Source of the DNA: Candidatus Saccharimonadales bacterium
Lineage (GTDB): Bacteria > Patescibacteriota > Saccharimonadia > Saccharimonadales > JAYRRP01
Assembly (NCBI GenBank): GCA_041910055.1
Contig: JAYRRP010000003.1
Location: 173,973 to 237,972, forward strand
Length of the DNA: 64,000 bases
Reading direction: 5' to 3'
In this document: positions 28,246 through 36,842 of the stretch, one piece after another
Layout of the letters: each line of letters opens with the position of its first letter
How positions within the stretch are numbered: the stretch's first letter is position 1
Made by a program: the position numbers and the translations under genes
Notes under the pieces: generated by a model
Database searches by the model: none
Told to the model about the DNA's origin: nothing
Seen by the model: the letters and a program-made list of their open reading frames with translations, nothing else

Positions 28246-29364
28246 ATGGCTCACCAGCCTTTCCATATCGTCATCGATGCGCGCCTGCGCCGTAGCAGTA
28301 CCGGCCGGTACGTGGATCGTCTTATTGAATACCTGCAAACTCTTGATACAACGAATCACTACACCTTATTGCTTGAGCCTGATGATCCCTTTCAGCCTAC
28401 GGCTGAAAACTTTGCGACCCAGCCTTGCCACTTTAAGCAATTTTCTTTTAATCCTTGGCAGCAAATTGCCTTTAGTTGGCAACTTTACCGGCTGAAACCC
28501 GATCTGGTTCACTTTACTATGAGTGGGCAGGAACCGCTGTTTTACTTTGGGCGGCAGGTTACCACCACCCACGATCTAACAATGTTTAAGTATGCCCGCC
28601 GTGGACGCCTGCCCCGCTGGCTGCACTGGGTGCGAATGAAGGGCTATAAGCTGCTTATATGGCAAAGCCACCGTAAGGCAAAAATGATCCTGGTACCGAC
28701 TGAGTTTGTGAGAGATGACGTTGCAAAATTCCACCTTTTCACTAACCGCAAAATTTTTATTACCCCCGAAGCGGCTGATCTGCCCCATTCTGAGACAGCT
28801 GAACCGCCTGATTTCTACTCAAGCGGTGAGTTCATTCTGTACGTTGGCACAGCCTTTCCGCATAAAAACCTCCGTCGGTTAGTGCGGGCGTTTGGGCACT
28901 TGCAGGCGTCATACCCCACTCTCAAACTTTTTTTGGTTGGCAAGAAAGAGTATCACGCTCATAAGCTTGAGCGTTGGGTGAAAAGCCAAAGCATCAGCGG
29001 AGTAATATTTACTGGTAGAGCTAGTGATGGCCAATTAAAGTGGCTCTATGACCATGCTGCGGTATACGTTTTCCCTTCACTGAGCGAAGGTTTCGGTCTA
29101 CCCGGACTTGAAGCTATGACATATGGCTGCCCGGTCGCATCAAGTAATGCTACCTGTCTACCCGAGGTTTATGGCGAGGCAGCTGTCTATTTTGACCCGA
29201 AAGATATTGGTGACATGACACAGGCTATCACCCAAGTGCTGGCCGATAAAAAGTTGCGCCGGAATCTAGTCAAACGCGGACATAATCAAGTAAAGAAATA
29301 TTCTTGGAAACGTATGGCTGACCAGACTCTTTCGGTCTATTTACAAACGATTGATCAGACTTGA
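28246..29364 (+). CDS. GT4 (GT-B) glycosyltransferase
   Basis: The C-terminal EX7E-type region is FPSLSEGFGLPGLEAMTYGCPV. The protein is 372 aa. Confidence 0.8.
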   Translation: MAHQPFHIVIDARLRRSSTGRYVDRLIEYLQTLDTTNHYTLLLEPDDPFQPTAENFATQPCHFKQFSFNPWQQIAFSWQLYRLKPDLVHFTMSGQEPLFYFGRQVTTTHDLTMFKYARRGRLPRWLHWVRMKGYKLLIWQSHRKAKMILVPTEFVRDDVAKFHLFTNRKIFITPEAADLPHSETAEPPDFYSSGEFILYVGTAFPHKNLRRLVRAFGHLQASYPTLKLFLVGKKEYHAHKLERWVKSQSISGVIFTGRASDGQLKWLYDHAAVYVFPSLSEGFGLPGLEAMTYGCPVASSNATCLPEVYGEAAVYFDPKDIGDMTQAITQVLADKKLRRNLVKRGHNQVKKYSWKRMADQTLSVYLQTIDQT

Positions 29365-29846
29365 GCCTCGATTGCCTCACTTGCTTCACCATTAGCTGGC
29401 GGTTTTAGCACAATGTGTCGATCCCGACCTTCGCCTTCAGAAACTGTTTCGAGGCCATATTCGCCGGCCAGTTTATGGATGGTGCGTCGATCAGCCGCAT
29501 TCATTGGGTTAAGATGCTTCGGCTGCTTGGAAGCAACTACCTCATCAATCCACTCTTTGGCTTTGGCACTTAGCCGGTCGGCTCTCGCCTTTTTGTAATC
29601 AGCAATATCAACGTTCACCCGCACAATGGGGTATTGGTTATTTTTCAAGGCACTGCTTACCATATACTGCATGGCCCGCATTGTCTCACCGCGTTGGCCA
29701 ATTAAAAAACCGTTGAGGTGGGTCGATGGCACGTGAAGTTCAACCACTTCGTCATCGCTACTGGTCGCATAAACATCGGTGTTTAGCCCAAAAAACGACA
29801 ACAGGTCTTCCATGTATTTTTTGGCAAAAGTGATGGATTCTTCCAT
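29355..29846 (-). CDS. jag: Jag/KhpB-like KH + R3H RNA-binding protein
   Basis: The KH segment is LIGQRGETMRAMQYMV and the R3H segment is MNAADRRTIHKLAGEYGLETVSEGEG. It occupies the conserved position after yidC. Confidence 0.8.
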   Translation of the reverse strand: MEESITFAKKYMEDLLSFFGLNTDVYATSSDDEVVELHVPSTHLNGFLIGQRGETMRAMQYMVSSALKNNQYPIVRVNVDIADYKKARADRLSAKAKEWIDEVVASKQPKHLNPMNAADRRTIHKLAGEYGLETVSEGEGRDRHIVLKPPANGEASEAIEAQV

Positions 29847-30772
29847 CAGCGCTTCCTTTTCTTTTTAGAAGCACCTGACTTTTTATTCTTTGCCTTGTTT
29901 TTTGGCGGAATGACTTCACCTTCAATAATTTTTTTGCTATTTTTATCAGTTACTTCTTCAAGTTCTTCTGTATCTTTGCCAAGCACCTTTGCCTGCTGTA
30001 TGTACGCTACCACTCCACTGGTTAACCAATATAACGATATAGCAGAGGCAATATTGACTGTAATAAGGAAGATCATACCGGGCAGCAAAAATCGTGTACT
30101 ACGACCTATCGCCGCGTTGACTTCGCTCTGGTCGGCCGATTTGCCGCCACCTGCCTCTTTCAGTATTTTGCGCAAGCTTCGCCCATCTTTCGTGTCAGGC
30201 ATGAGTTGTTTGCTTTGGTAATACTGGACTACTACACTGGCGATAACAATCACCATGGCCGGCCAGTAAATTCCACCGCCTTTAGCAATGGCGCTTTTCG
30301 TCAGGTCAACTACTCCAAAGAGTGTGCTGTCGAACTTTGAAATATCGGCAGCCAGTGTTTTCATCCAGCTCAAGTTGTGGAGTATGGGGTAGGAGAAATC
30401 GAGTATGGCCTGGGGGTTTTCCACGACTCGGCGCAATCCGCTATAGAGGGCAATAAATACTGGAATCTGAACAATAAGCAAGCCAATGCTGGCAAAGGGG
30501 TTAATTTCCCGCTCTTTATACAGTTCCATCACCATGGCCGACTCTTTCTGACGATTGCCTTTGGCAGCTGCTTTGATGCGCTTGAGCTCTGGTTGTAGTT
30601 CCCGCATTGCTTTGGCGTGATGAAGTTGCTTCTTGACTAGGGGCCACATCAAAAGCCGAACCAAAACAGTAAAGAGAATAATGGCCACGCCGAAGTTGTG
30701 TCCAGGCAGCAGGGCATAGATAAGTACCAACAGGTTAAAAATCGGTTGGACGATTAAAGTCGTGAACATCAA
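29846..30772 (-). CDS. yidC: Membrane protein insertase YidC (short Gram-positive/Oxa1 type) with a Lys-rich C-terminal tail
   Basis: It carries LVRLLMWPLVKKQ...MRELQPELKRIK and YKEREINPF motifs and has five hydrophobic segments. The tail reads KNKAKNKKSGASKKKRKR. Confidence 0.9.
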   Translation of the reverse strand: MMFTTLIVQPIFNLLVLIYALLPGHNFGVAIILFTVLVRLLMWPLVKKQLHHAKAMRELQPELKRIKAAAKGNRQKESAMVMELYKEREINPFASIGLLIVQIPVFIALYSGLRRVVENPQAILDFSYPILHNLSWMKTLAADISKFDSTLFGVVDLTKSAIAKGGGIYWPAMVIVIASVVVQYYQSKQLMPDTKDGRSLRKILKEAGGGKSADQSEVNAAIGRSTRFLLPGMIFLITVNIASAISLYWLTSGVVAYIQQAKVLGKDTEELEEVTDKNSKKIIEGEVIPPKNKAKNKKSGASKKKRKR

Positions 30773-31161
30773 TTCTCCTTTTTGTCTATGATAGCATGGC
30801 TGTTGTCAGTTGATGGTAGCTTTGCCAACTTCGTCAGCTTCATTTGTTTGTGGAATTCAAGTCTTAGTTCATCAGCAGGCATAGAGGCTACTTGGTCACT
30901 AAACACGCTGCAAACCACATCAAAAGGAGTTTGTTCATCAAGGTAGAGACGGAATAGCTCGTAGAGTCGGCGGCGAATGCGGTTTCGAACCACGGCGGAT
31001 TTACTGACTTTTTTACTTACCACAACAGCACAGCGATAATTGTCGCCTTTTGAGCGACGGATATATTTAAGCGAGAAGAGCGGTCCGCGAACAACTTGGC
31101 CGCTCCGGTAGACGTGATTCAGACTCCTGCGCCCATGAAAACGATATCGCTTCGACAACAT
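30769..31161 (-). CDS. rnpA: Ribonuclease P protein component
   Basis: The protein is small and basic, with LSKRYRFHGRRSLNHVY and VSKKVSKSAVVRNRIRRRL (RNR motif). It lies between rpmH and yidC. Confidence 0.85.
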   Translation of the reverse strand: MLSKRYRFHGRRSLNHVYRSGQVVRGPLFSLKYIRRSKGDNYRCAVVVSKKVSKSAVVRNRIRRRLYELFRLYLDEQTPFDVVCSVFSDQVASMPADELRLEFHKQMKLTKLAKLPSTDNSHAIIDKKEN

Positions 31162-31190
31162 ACCAACTTAGTTATGTACCGTGCGAAACC

Positions 31191-31328
31191 TCAGTGGGTC
31201 AGGCGAGCACGTCCTTTAAGACGGCGGGCTTTTAAGACACGTCGGCCAGCGCGGTTAGCCATTCGTTTAAAAAATCCGTGCTCCCGGGAACGCTGTCTTT
31301 TTTTTGGTTGGTAGGTTCGTTTTGGCAT
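31191..31328 (-). CDS. rpmH: 50S ribosomal protein L34 (absent from the ORF track, translated by hand)
   Basis: The reverse complement reads ATG CCA AAA CGA ACC TAC CAA ... = [45 protein letters not shown]. This is a canonical L34 sequence in the canonical position. Confidence 0.92.
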   Translation of the reverse strand: MPKRTYQPKKRQRSREHGFFKRMANRAGRRVLKARRLKGRARLTH

Positions 31329-31639
31329 ACTGCTCCTTTGGTTGGTCTGTCACTTAGTATATAAAGCTCTGTGCTCTTTTTACCACTATCCCGTCTTTGA
31401 TTACGCAAAGGGCGGTGAGCGATGTAAGTGAAATTAACAATATTTACCCCCTAATCTTAACAACTTTTCCACTGCTGACCAAGTATTATCCACAGATTTT
31501 AAGGTGGTACGAATCTCTGTGTAAAAATATTTCCCTGTTTGTGAATTTTTCTACCGACCAACAATTTTGCTAATTTTTACATGTGGAAAACTATCGAAAA
31601 TCGATATATAGTAGGTAACTACCATAACAAAAAGAGGGT
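31329..31639. promoter_or_regulatory. oriC / dnaA promoter region (rpmH-dnaA intergenic) with DnaA boxes
   Basis: There is a perfect TTATCCACA at 31486-31494. Related boxes are TTTTCCACT at 31465-31473 and TGTGGAAAA (the complement of TTTTCCACA) at 31582-31590, plus a TGTGTAAAA-type match near 31518. AT-rich tracts flank the boxes, and gene orientation diverges on either side. Confidence 0.7.
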
Positions 31640-33010
31640 GTGATGGACGAGAGTGTGTGGCAAGCGGTACTGGGAGAGGTTGAGCTGTCTGTTTCTCGGG
31701 CGAGCTACCTGACTTGGTTTAAAAACACCCGCATGTTGCAATTTAAAGATGACGTACTGGTGATTGGGGTTGCAAATATCTTTGTCAAGCAGCAGCTTGA
31801 GCATAAGTTTAATGAGCTGGTGACAGAAACCCTCAAAAATAACGGCGTAGATCCTACCCGTATCGAATACAAGATTCACGCAGGTATTGCCAAGCCAAAA
31901 TCAGATGAATCGGTGATTAATTTTAACACCCGCCCCCGCTCAGCTAAACCAGAGAGCCAGAAAACCCCCTTAAAAGGTCTGTCGCATGCTTATCGCCAGG
32001 GCCTTAACGAACGCTACACGTTTGAAAATTTTATTGTTGGCTCAGGGAATGAACTTGCTTACGCAGCCTGCCAGGCGATTGCCCAAAACCCAGGCAAAAA
32101 ATACAATCCATTGTTTGTGTATGGGGGAGTCGGTATCGGCAAAACTCATCTTATCCAAGCTGTTGGCAACGCTTTGCTAGCCCGAAAGTCTGCCGCGCAC
32201 GTGGTGTACGTTTCTACTGAGCAATTTGTCCAGGAATTTATAGACGCGGTGCGCTTTAAGAAAAATACTGATTTCGCTGGATATTATCGGAACGCTGACG
32301 TGCTTATTTTGGACGATATCCAGTTTATTTCCGGCAAAGATAAAACGCAGGAAGAATTTTTTCATACTTTTAATGCACTCTATCAAGCAAACAAACAGAT
32401 TATTATTAGCAGCGACAAACCACCCAAGGATATACCAACCTTGGAAGAACGCCTCCGGTCACGTTTCGCGTGGGGCATGAGTATTGACATGCAAAGCCCT
32501 GATTTTGAAACGCGGTGCGCAATTATTCAGACAAAGGCAAGTGGACACGAAGTGGAGCTACCCCAATCAGTCGTAGAGTATCTTGCTACGCACGTTCAAA
32601 CGAATGTGCGCGAGCTTGAAGGCGCTCTTAATCAATTACTCGCGTATTGTGAAATGAGGGGGCTGGCGCCAGATATTCACACTGCTACTGGGCTACTAGG
32701 CAGCACGAAGAATCGCCCCAAACACCTTAGCCCGAAACAAATAATTGAGCGTACCGCGAAGCATTTCCAAGTACCGCTTGACGAGATGCTGGGCCCAAAA
32801 CGTGATAAAGATATTGTGGTGCCCAGGCAAATTGCTATGTACATGCTCCGAAGCGAGCTGCACCTCAGCTTTCCAAAGATCGCGAAAGAACTTGGTCGAA
32901 AAGATCACACTACTGCCATTCACTCAGTCGAAAAAATTGAGAAAGAATCTTCACTTGATGCCGATATGCGTTCAGCGATTGCTGAAATTAAGGATCGTCT
33001 CTATGCCTAA
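31640..33010 (+). CDS. dnaA: Chromosomal replication initiator protein DnaA
   Basis: Walker A is GGVGIGKTHL, Walker B is LILDDIQF, and the C-terminal DNA-binding signature is DHTTAIHSVEKI. The start is either GTG at 31640 or ATG at 31643, preceded by an AGAGGG RBS. Confidence 0.95.
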   Translation: MMDESVWQAVLGEVELSVSRASYLTWFKNTRMLQFKDDVLVIGVANIFVKQQLEHKFNELVTETLKNNGVDPTRIEYKIHAGIAKPKSDESVINFNTRPRSAKPESQKTPLKGLSHAYRQGLNERYTFENFIVGSGNELAYAACQAIAQNPGKKYNPLFVYGGVGIGKTHLIQAVGNALLARKSAAHVVYVSTEQFVQEFIDAVRFKKNTDFAGYYRNADVLILDDIQFISGKDKTQEEFFHTFNALYQANKQIIISSDKPPKDIPTLEERLRSRFAWGMSIDMQSPDFETRCAIIQTKASGHEVELPQSVVEYLATHVQTNVRELEGALNQLLAYCEMRGLAPDIHTATGLLGSTKNRPKHLSPKQIIERTAKHFQVPLDEMLGPKRDKDIVVPRQIAMYMLRSELHLSFPKIAKELGRKDHTTAIHSVEKIEKESSLDADMRSAIAEIKDRLYA

Positions 33011-33280
33011 ATTATTACTTTCTCTTTGTGGACAGACTGTGAATAGTAGTGAGCAAAACTACCCAACTTTGTACACATTTTTTGCACACGTATTGCAAAA
33101 ATCACAGTATTTATTCCCATTTTCATTATTTTATTCACATGTTTTCCCAAATGTTTTCACACCCTTTTCCTCATATTATTCTGGTATTTCTAACCTGTTT
33201 TTCACTACTTTTTCCCACTTTCCACAAACCTTAATAACTAAAACAACTACATATAAATAAATTGTTTAGGAGTTTTGTTT
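33011..33280. promoter_or_regulatory. dnaA-dnaN intergenic DnaA-box cluster with AT-rich stretch (candidate second oriC half / unwinding region)
   Basis: TTATTCACA at 33131-33139 matches the consensus 8/9. CTTTCCACA at 33218-33226, TGTGGACAG at 33027-33035 and TGTGAATAG near 33038 are weaker matches. T-rich runs fill the rest, and the 270-nt spacer is unusually long. Confidence 0.5.
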
Positions 33281-34366
33281 ATGAAGCTGCAAATTACTCA
33301 GGAAAACCTTACAAAAGCACTACACACGGTTGCGCGAGTGGCCAATACCCGGAATACCTTACCTATCCTGGCAAACATTATGATAAAGACAGTTGGGACA
33401 AGGGTTGCCATAGCCGCCACAAACCTGGATATTGCGATTACTCAGTTTGTTGGGTCAAAAGTCAGCGAACAGGGATCTATTACTGTACCTGCCCGACTTA
33501 CCCAAGAATTTGTGAGCAGCTTACCAGAAGGAATCATTAGCCTTTCGCTTGAAGATAATAAATTACACATATCAACTGACAAATATCAGTCGGTCATTAA
33601 TGGGATTGCCGCCGAAGAATTTCCAGTTATGCCAGCAATCAAGGAAGGAAAAAAATGGAAGGTTGCGGCGGGAACCCTTCACAGAGGCTTACAACAAGTA
33701 GTGTTTGCGGCCAGTAATGACGAAGCTCGCCCCACCCTTACTGGTGTCTATTTTCATACCCGACAAGGGGAGCTGATTATTGCGGCTACCGACAGTTATC
33801 GTTTGGCTGAGAAAAAGCTTACAAAAACCGCCCAAGAAGTAGACTTGCTTGTGCCGGCTTCAGCCATGCAGGATCTACTAAGAATACTGGCAGACACTGA
33901 TGATGAAGTACAGATTACCAGCGATGATCAACAAGCATTATTTAAGGTAAATGATGTCGAGCTCATGACTAGGTTAATTGAAGGGAAATATCCAGATTAC
34001 ACCAAACTCATTCCTTCAAAATTTGCGATAAGTGCGACCATTAAAAGAAATGACTTTGCGAATATCACTAAAGTTTCCAGTCTTTTCGCCCGTGAGAGCG
34101 CTGGTAGCGTGACACTTCACATCACTGAAAACCAGGCAAGTATTCGTTCGGTTGCCTCCCAGCTTGGTGAAAACACTGCCAACGCAGATGCGCGTACCAA
34201 GGGGACAGGCGAGGTCACCCTTAACTCACGCTATCTTCTCGATGCCCTTGGTGCTACTACGAGCGATGAAGTAACCTTCGGCTTTAATGGAAAGCTTGAT
34301 CCGTGTGTGCTCCAGGAAGTTGGTAGCAAAGACTACACCCATGTCATTATGCCCTTAAAAAGCTAA
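33281..34366 (+). CDS. dnaN: DNA polymerase III beta sliding clamp
   Basis: The ATG at 33281 follows an AGGAG RBS; the track start at 33275 is a TTG two codons upstream. The N-terminus is MKLQITQENL...LPILANIMI, and the length fits a three-domain clamp. Confidence 0.93.
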   Translation: MKLQITQENLTKALHTVARVANTRNTLPILANIMIKTVGTRVAIAATNLDIAITQFVGSKVSEQGSITVPARLTQEFVSSLPEGIISLSLEDNKLHISTDKYQSVINGIAAEEFPVMPAIKEGKKWKVAAGTLHRGLQQVVFAASNDEARPTLTGVYFHTRQGELIIAATDSYRLAEKKLTKTAQEVDLLVPASAMQDLLRILADTDDEVQITSDDQQALFKVNDVELMTRLIEGKYPDYTKLIPSKFAISATIKRNDFANITKVSSLFARESAGSVTLHITENQASIRSVASQLGENTANADARTKGTGEVTLNSRYLLDALGATTSDEVTFGFNGKLDPCVLQEVGSKDYTHVIMPLKS

Positions 34367-34376
34367 AATAAGAGGT

Positions 34377-35435
34377 ATGATCCGCAACATTCGGTTGCAA
34401 AACTACCGTTCTTATAAAGACGAGAGTTTTGAATTTAGCAATAGGGTAAACATTGTCGTTGGTCCAAATGCGAGTGGAAAAACCAACCTACTGGAAGCTT
34501 TGCAGGTGGTGTTAACTGGTGAGGCATATCGCGGTAAAGACAGTCTCCTAATTCGTGACGGGGCAAATTGGGCGAAACTAAACGCGGCCACTACCTCATC
34601 TGAAAGAAGTGTGTTGCTCACTAAAGTGAACGAGACTACTACCAGCAAGGTAGTTACTATTAATGATCAAGAAATACGCCGGATCAAACTCGAGCACACT
34701 CTGCCGCTAGTTTTATTTGAGCCAAACGATCTTATGCTCATTAGCGGCTCCCCAGAGAGAAGACGAGATTATTTGGATGAGCTGCTTGAAAGAACGGTAA
34801 GTGGTTACCGGCAGCTACGGCGGCAGTATGCCCGAGCCCTGCAACAACGGAATGCGCTACTAAAAAGAGGTGTCGATCAGCCTGATAAATTGTTTCCTTG
34901 GAATATTCGGCTTAGCGAACTTGGTGGCAGCATCGCTAGTTACCGTAGCCAACTAATCGATAAATTTGCGGCTCAGCTGTCGGTTGTGTATAGCGACCTT
35001 GCCTCAAATAAGGTAATAGTAGGTGTACATTACCAGAGTATTCACAATCTTCATGCTTACGGCAGCGATCTGCTCCACAAGCTGGAACAGAACACACGCG
35101 TTGATATTGCTCGTGGTTATACAGGATGTGGGCCACACCGGGACGACTTTGCCCTTCAAATTAACGATCGATCAGCCCAAAACCACGCTTCACGCGGTGA
35201 AGCCCGAACATTAGTACTCTCACTGAAGATTGTCGAACTTGGACTGTCAGAAAAAGCCAGAGATAAACAGCCGATTATGTTACTCGATGATGTATTTAGT
35301 GAATTAGACGGTGCCCGCCGCCACGCCTTAACTAATCACCTACAAAACTATCAAACCTTTATCACCACCACAGACGCCGACGCAATCCTAGGGCGCTTTT
35401 TGGATAAAGCCCTGATAATTCCTACCGAAAAATAA
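34377..35435 (+). CDS. recF: DNA replication and repair protein RecF
   Basis: The N-terminus is IRNIRLQNYRSY, Walker A is GPNASGKTN, an SMC-like signature SRGEARTLVLSLK is present, and Walker B is MLLDDVFSELD. Confidence 0.9.
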   Translation: MIRNIRLQNYRSYKDESFEFSNRVNIVVGPNASGKTNLLEALQVVLTGEAYRGKDSLLIRDGANWAKLNAATTSSERSVLLTKVNETTTSKVVTINDQEIRRIKLEHTLPLVLFEPNDLMLISGSPERRRDYLDELLERTVSGYRQLRRQYARALQQRNALLKRGVDQPDKLFPWNIRLSELGGSIASYRSQLIDKFAAQLSVVYSDLASNKVIVGVHYQSIHNLHAYGSDLLHKLEQNTRVDIARGYTGCGPHRDDFALQINDRSAQNHASRGEARTLVLSLKIVELGLSEKARDKQPIMLLDDVFSELDGARRHALTNHLQNYQTFITTTDADAILGRFLDKALIIPTEK

Positions 35436-35436
35436 T

Positions 35437-36825
35437 TTATTCAATATTAGTGGTATCAATGATAAATACAAGCATATCAGGGTTTACCCCTTTGCTTTTA
35501 ATATACGCATTTACTTTATTCATTGTAGCCTCGAGAGGTGGAGTAAGGATAGAAATCATTACACGCTTGTCTTTGTATTGGATGAGCAAATAACCGTCCT
35601 TTCCTCCTGGATCACCCGAGGGGACACTTACCGGAGGGTTCGTAACTTTTATTTCATCTTTTGATAAATAGCGAATTCCATCCTCTGTAGTGAAGGCAGT
35701 AAAGCCATTATCGAGTGACGTGAGTGCTATAACTTTGTTGGGTGGGATTTTTAAAGAGGGGGAGATTAGCTTCGCGGCGTTGTCTTCCACCCCATATTGC
35801 CTGAACACTGTGAGGTCAACTTCTTTTTGACTTTTGTTCTCGCTGGGTTTTTCGAGGGTAACTAAAAACTTACTGTCTTTCGTAAAACTAGCGATATTGC
35901 GGGCCACATTATCGTGAGTTACCTTATGGGCCTTTGATTTATTCTGGGTCGATTGAAGATAAAATGTGCCCGTATTAGCAGTCGCAGGATCGTCCCTCTC
36001 GACCTTTTTATTAAGAATAAAATAAGCTGCCTGTGTACCATCTCCGGAGACCAGAATATCGCTCGCGCCATTCGTTAAAATCTGGTTCTCGCTTCCTGCC
36101 TTGTCTCGTCGGTAAAGAATGTATTTATTATCTTTAAAACGGGTATAGTACAGATCATCTGTACGAGTGTCATAAATTTTGCCCAGTGCCTTGATTTCGT
36201 CAACGCTTATTTTGAAGAGCTCTCGGCTCGAGCCGTCTTGGGTGCTTACTGCGTTAATGGATAGATTGCTGCCTACTGTGGCTGCATCATCAGGGTCATA
36301 GGCGCTTGTGTCTGGAATGGTCACCAGTTCATCACGGTGCCAAAAAACTTCCCGAAGTTGCTTATTAATAGGGTGAAAAATTTGATCGCCCCGAAGACTT
36401 ATGTACCACCAACTAGTTTGCGATAGATCCAGCTTATTTTGCGTTAAAATTTTTCCTAGATATGAGTTGGGGGACTGAGGTCCTGCCTTAAATGCAACTT
36501 TATTGCCATCACTAGACCAGCGAAAATCTTTCAGGCTTGCAAGTGTATAAATATCCGTCGGTAATAACTTGGTTGTTTGGTTGGCCACCGGATCGAAAGA
36601 GATAAAATTTCTCCCGTTAAAGAAACGGACGTCGTTTTTACTGAGTAACAGCGGATCTTTTATGTTTGACCCAAATGAATCAGTGGCCCGATAGGTTATT
36701 TTTTTGGCTTTGTCTGATCTAATAAAGTGAACAACAAAAACAAGTAACGCAATCAAAAGTAGAGCAGCTACACCGATTACGGCTATCTTTTTTGTTGGCA
36801 ACTGGGGCGTATTAGGTGGCTCCAT
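35437..36825 (-). CDS. N-terminally anchored hypothetical protein (possible TolB/PD40-like beta-propeller); last gene of the T4SS-like operon
   Basis: There is a single N-terminal TM helix (IAVIGVAALLLIALLVFVV). The beta-rich ectodomain includes a WSSDGNKVAF-type motif. No confident family assignment can be made. Confidence 0.5.
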   Translation of the reverse strand: MEPPNTPQLPTKKIAVIGVAALLLIALLVFVVHFIRSDKAKKITYRATDSFGSNIKDPLLLSKNDVRFFNGRNFISFDPVANQTTKLLPTDIYTLASLKDFRWSSDGNKVAFKAGPQSPNSYLGKILTQNKLDLSQTSWWYISLRGDQIFHPINKQLREVFWHRDELVTIPDTSAYDPDDAATVGSNLSINAVSTQDGSSRELFKISVDEIKALGKIYDTRTDDLYYTRFKDNKYILYRRDKAGSENQILTNGASDILVSGDGTQAAYFILNKKVERDDPATANTGTFYLQSTQNKSKAHKVTHDNVARNIASFTKDSKFLVTLEKPSENKSQKEVDLTVFRQYGVEDNAAKLISPSLKIPPNKVIALTSLDNGFTAFTTEDGIRYLSKDEIKVTNPPVSVPSGDPGGKDGYLLIQYKDKRVMISILTPPLEATMNKVNAYIKSKGVNPDMLVFIIDTTNIE

Positions 36826-36842
36826 CGGATTCCTCTCTACTT

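Noticed and set aside
32745-33260. A 171-aa plus-strand ORF running from inside dnaA through the dnaA-dnaN spacer, and the ORF at 33049-33234
   Set aside because: It is out of frame with dnaA. Its unique part is T-rich, low-complexity sequence (FFTTFSHFPQ...) coinciding with the DnaA-box/AT-rich region, which is better explained as origin DNA.
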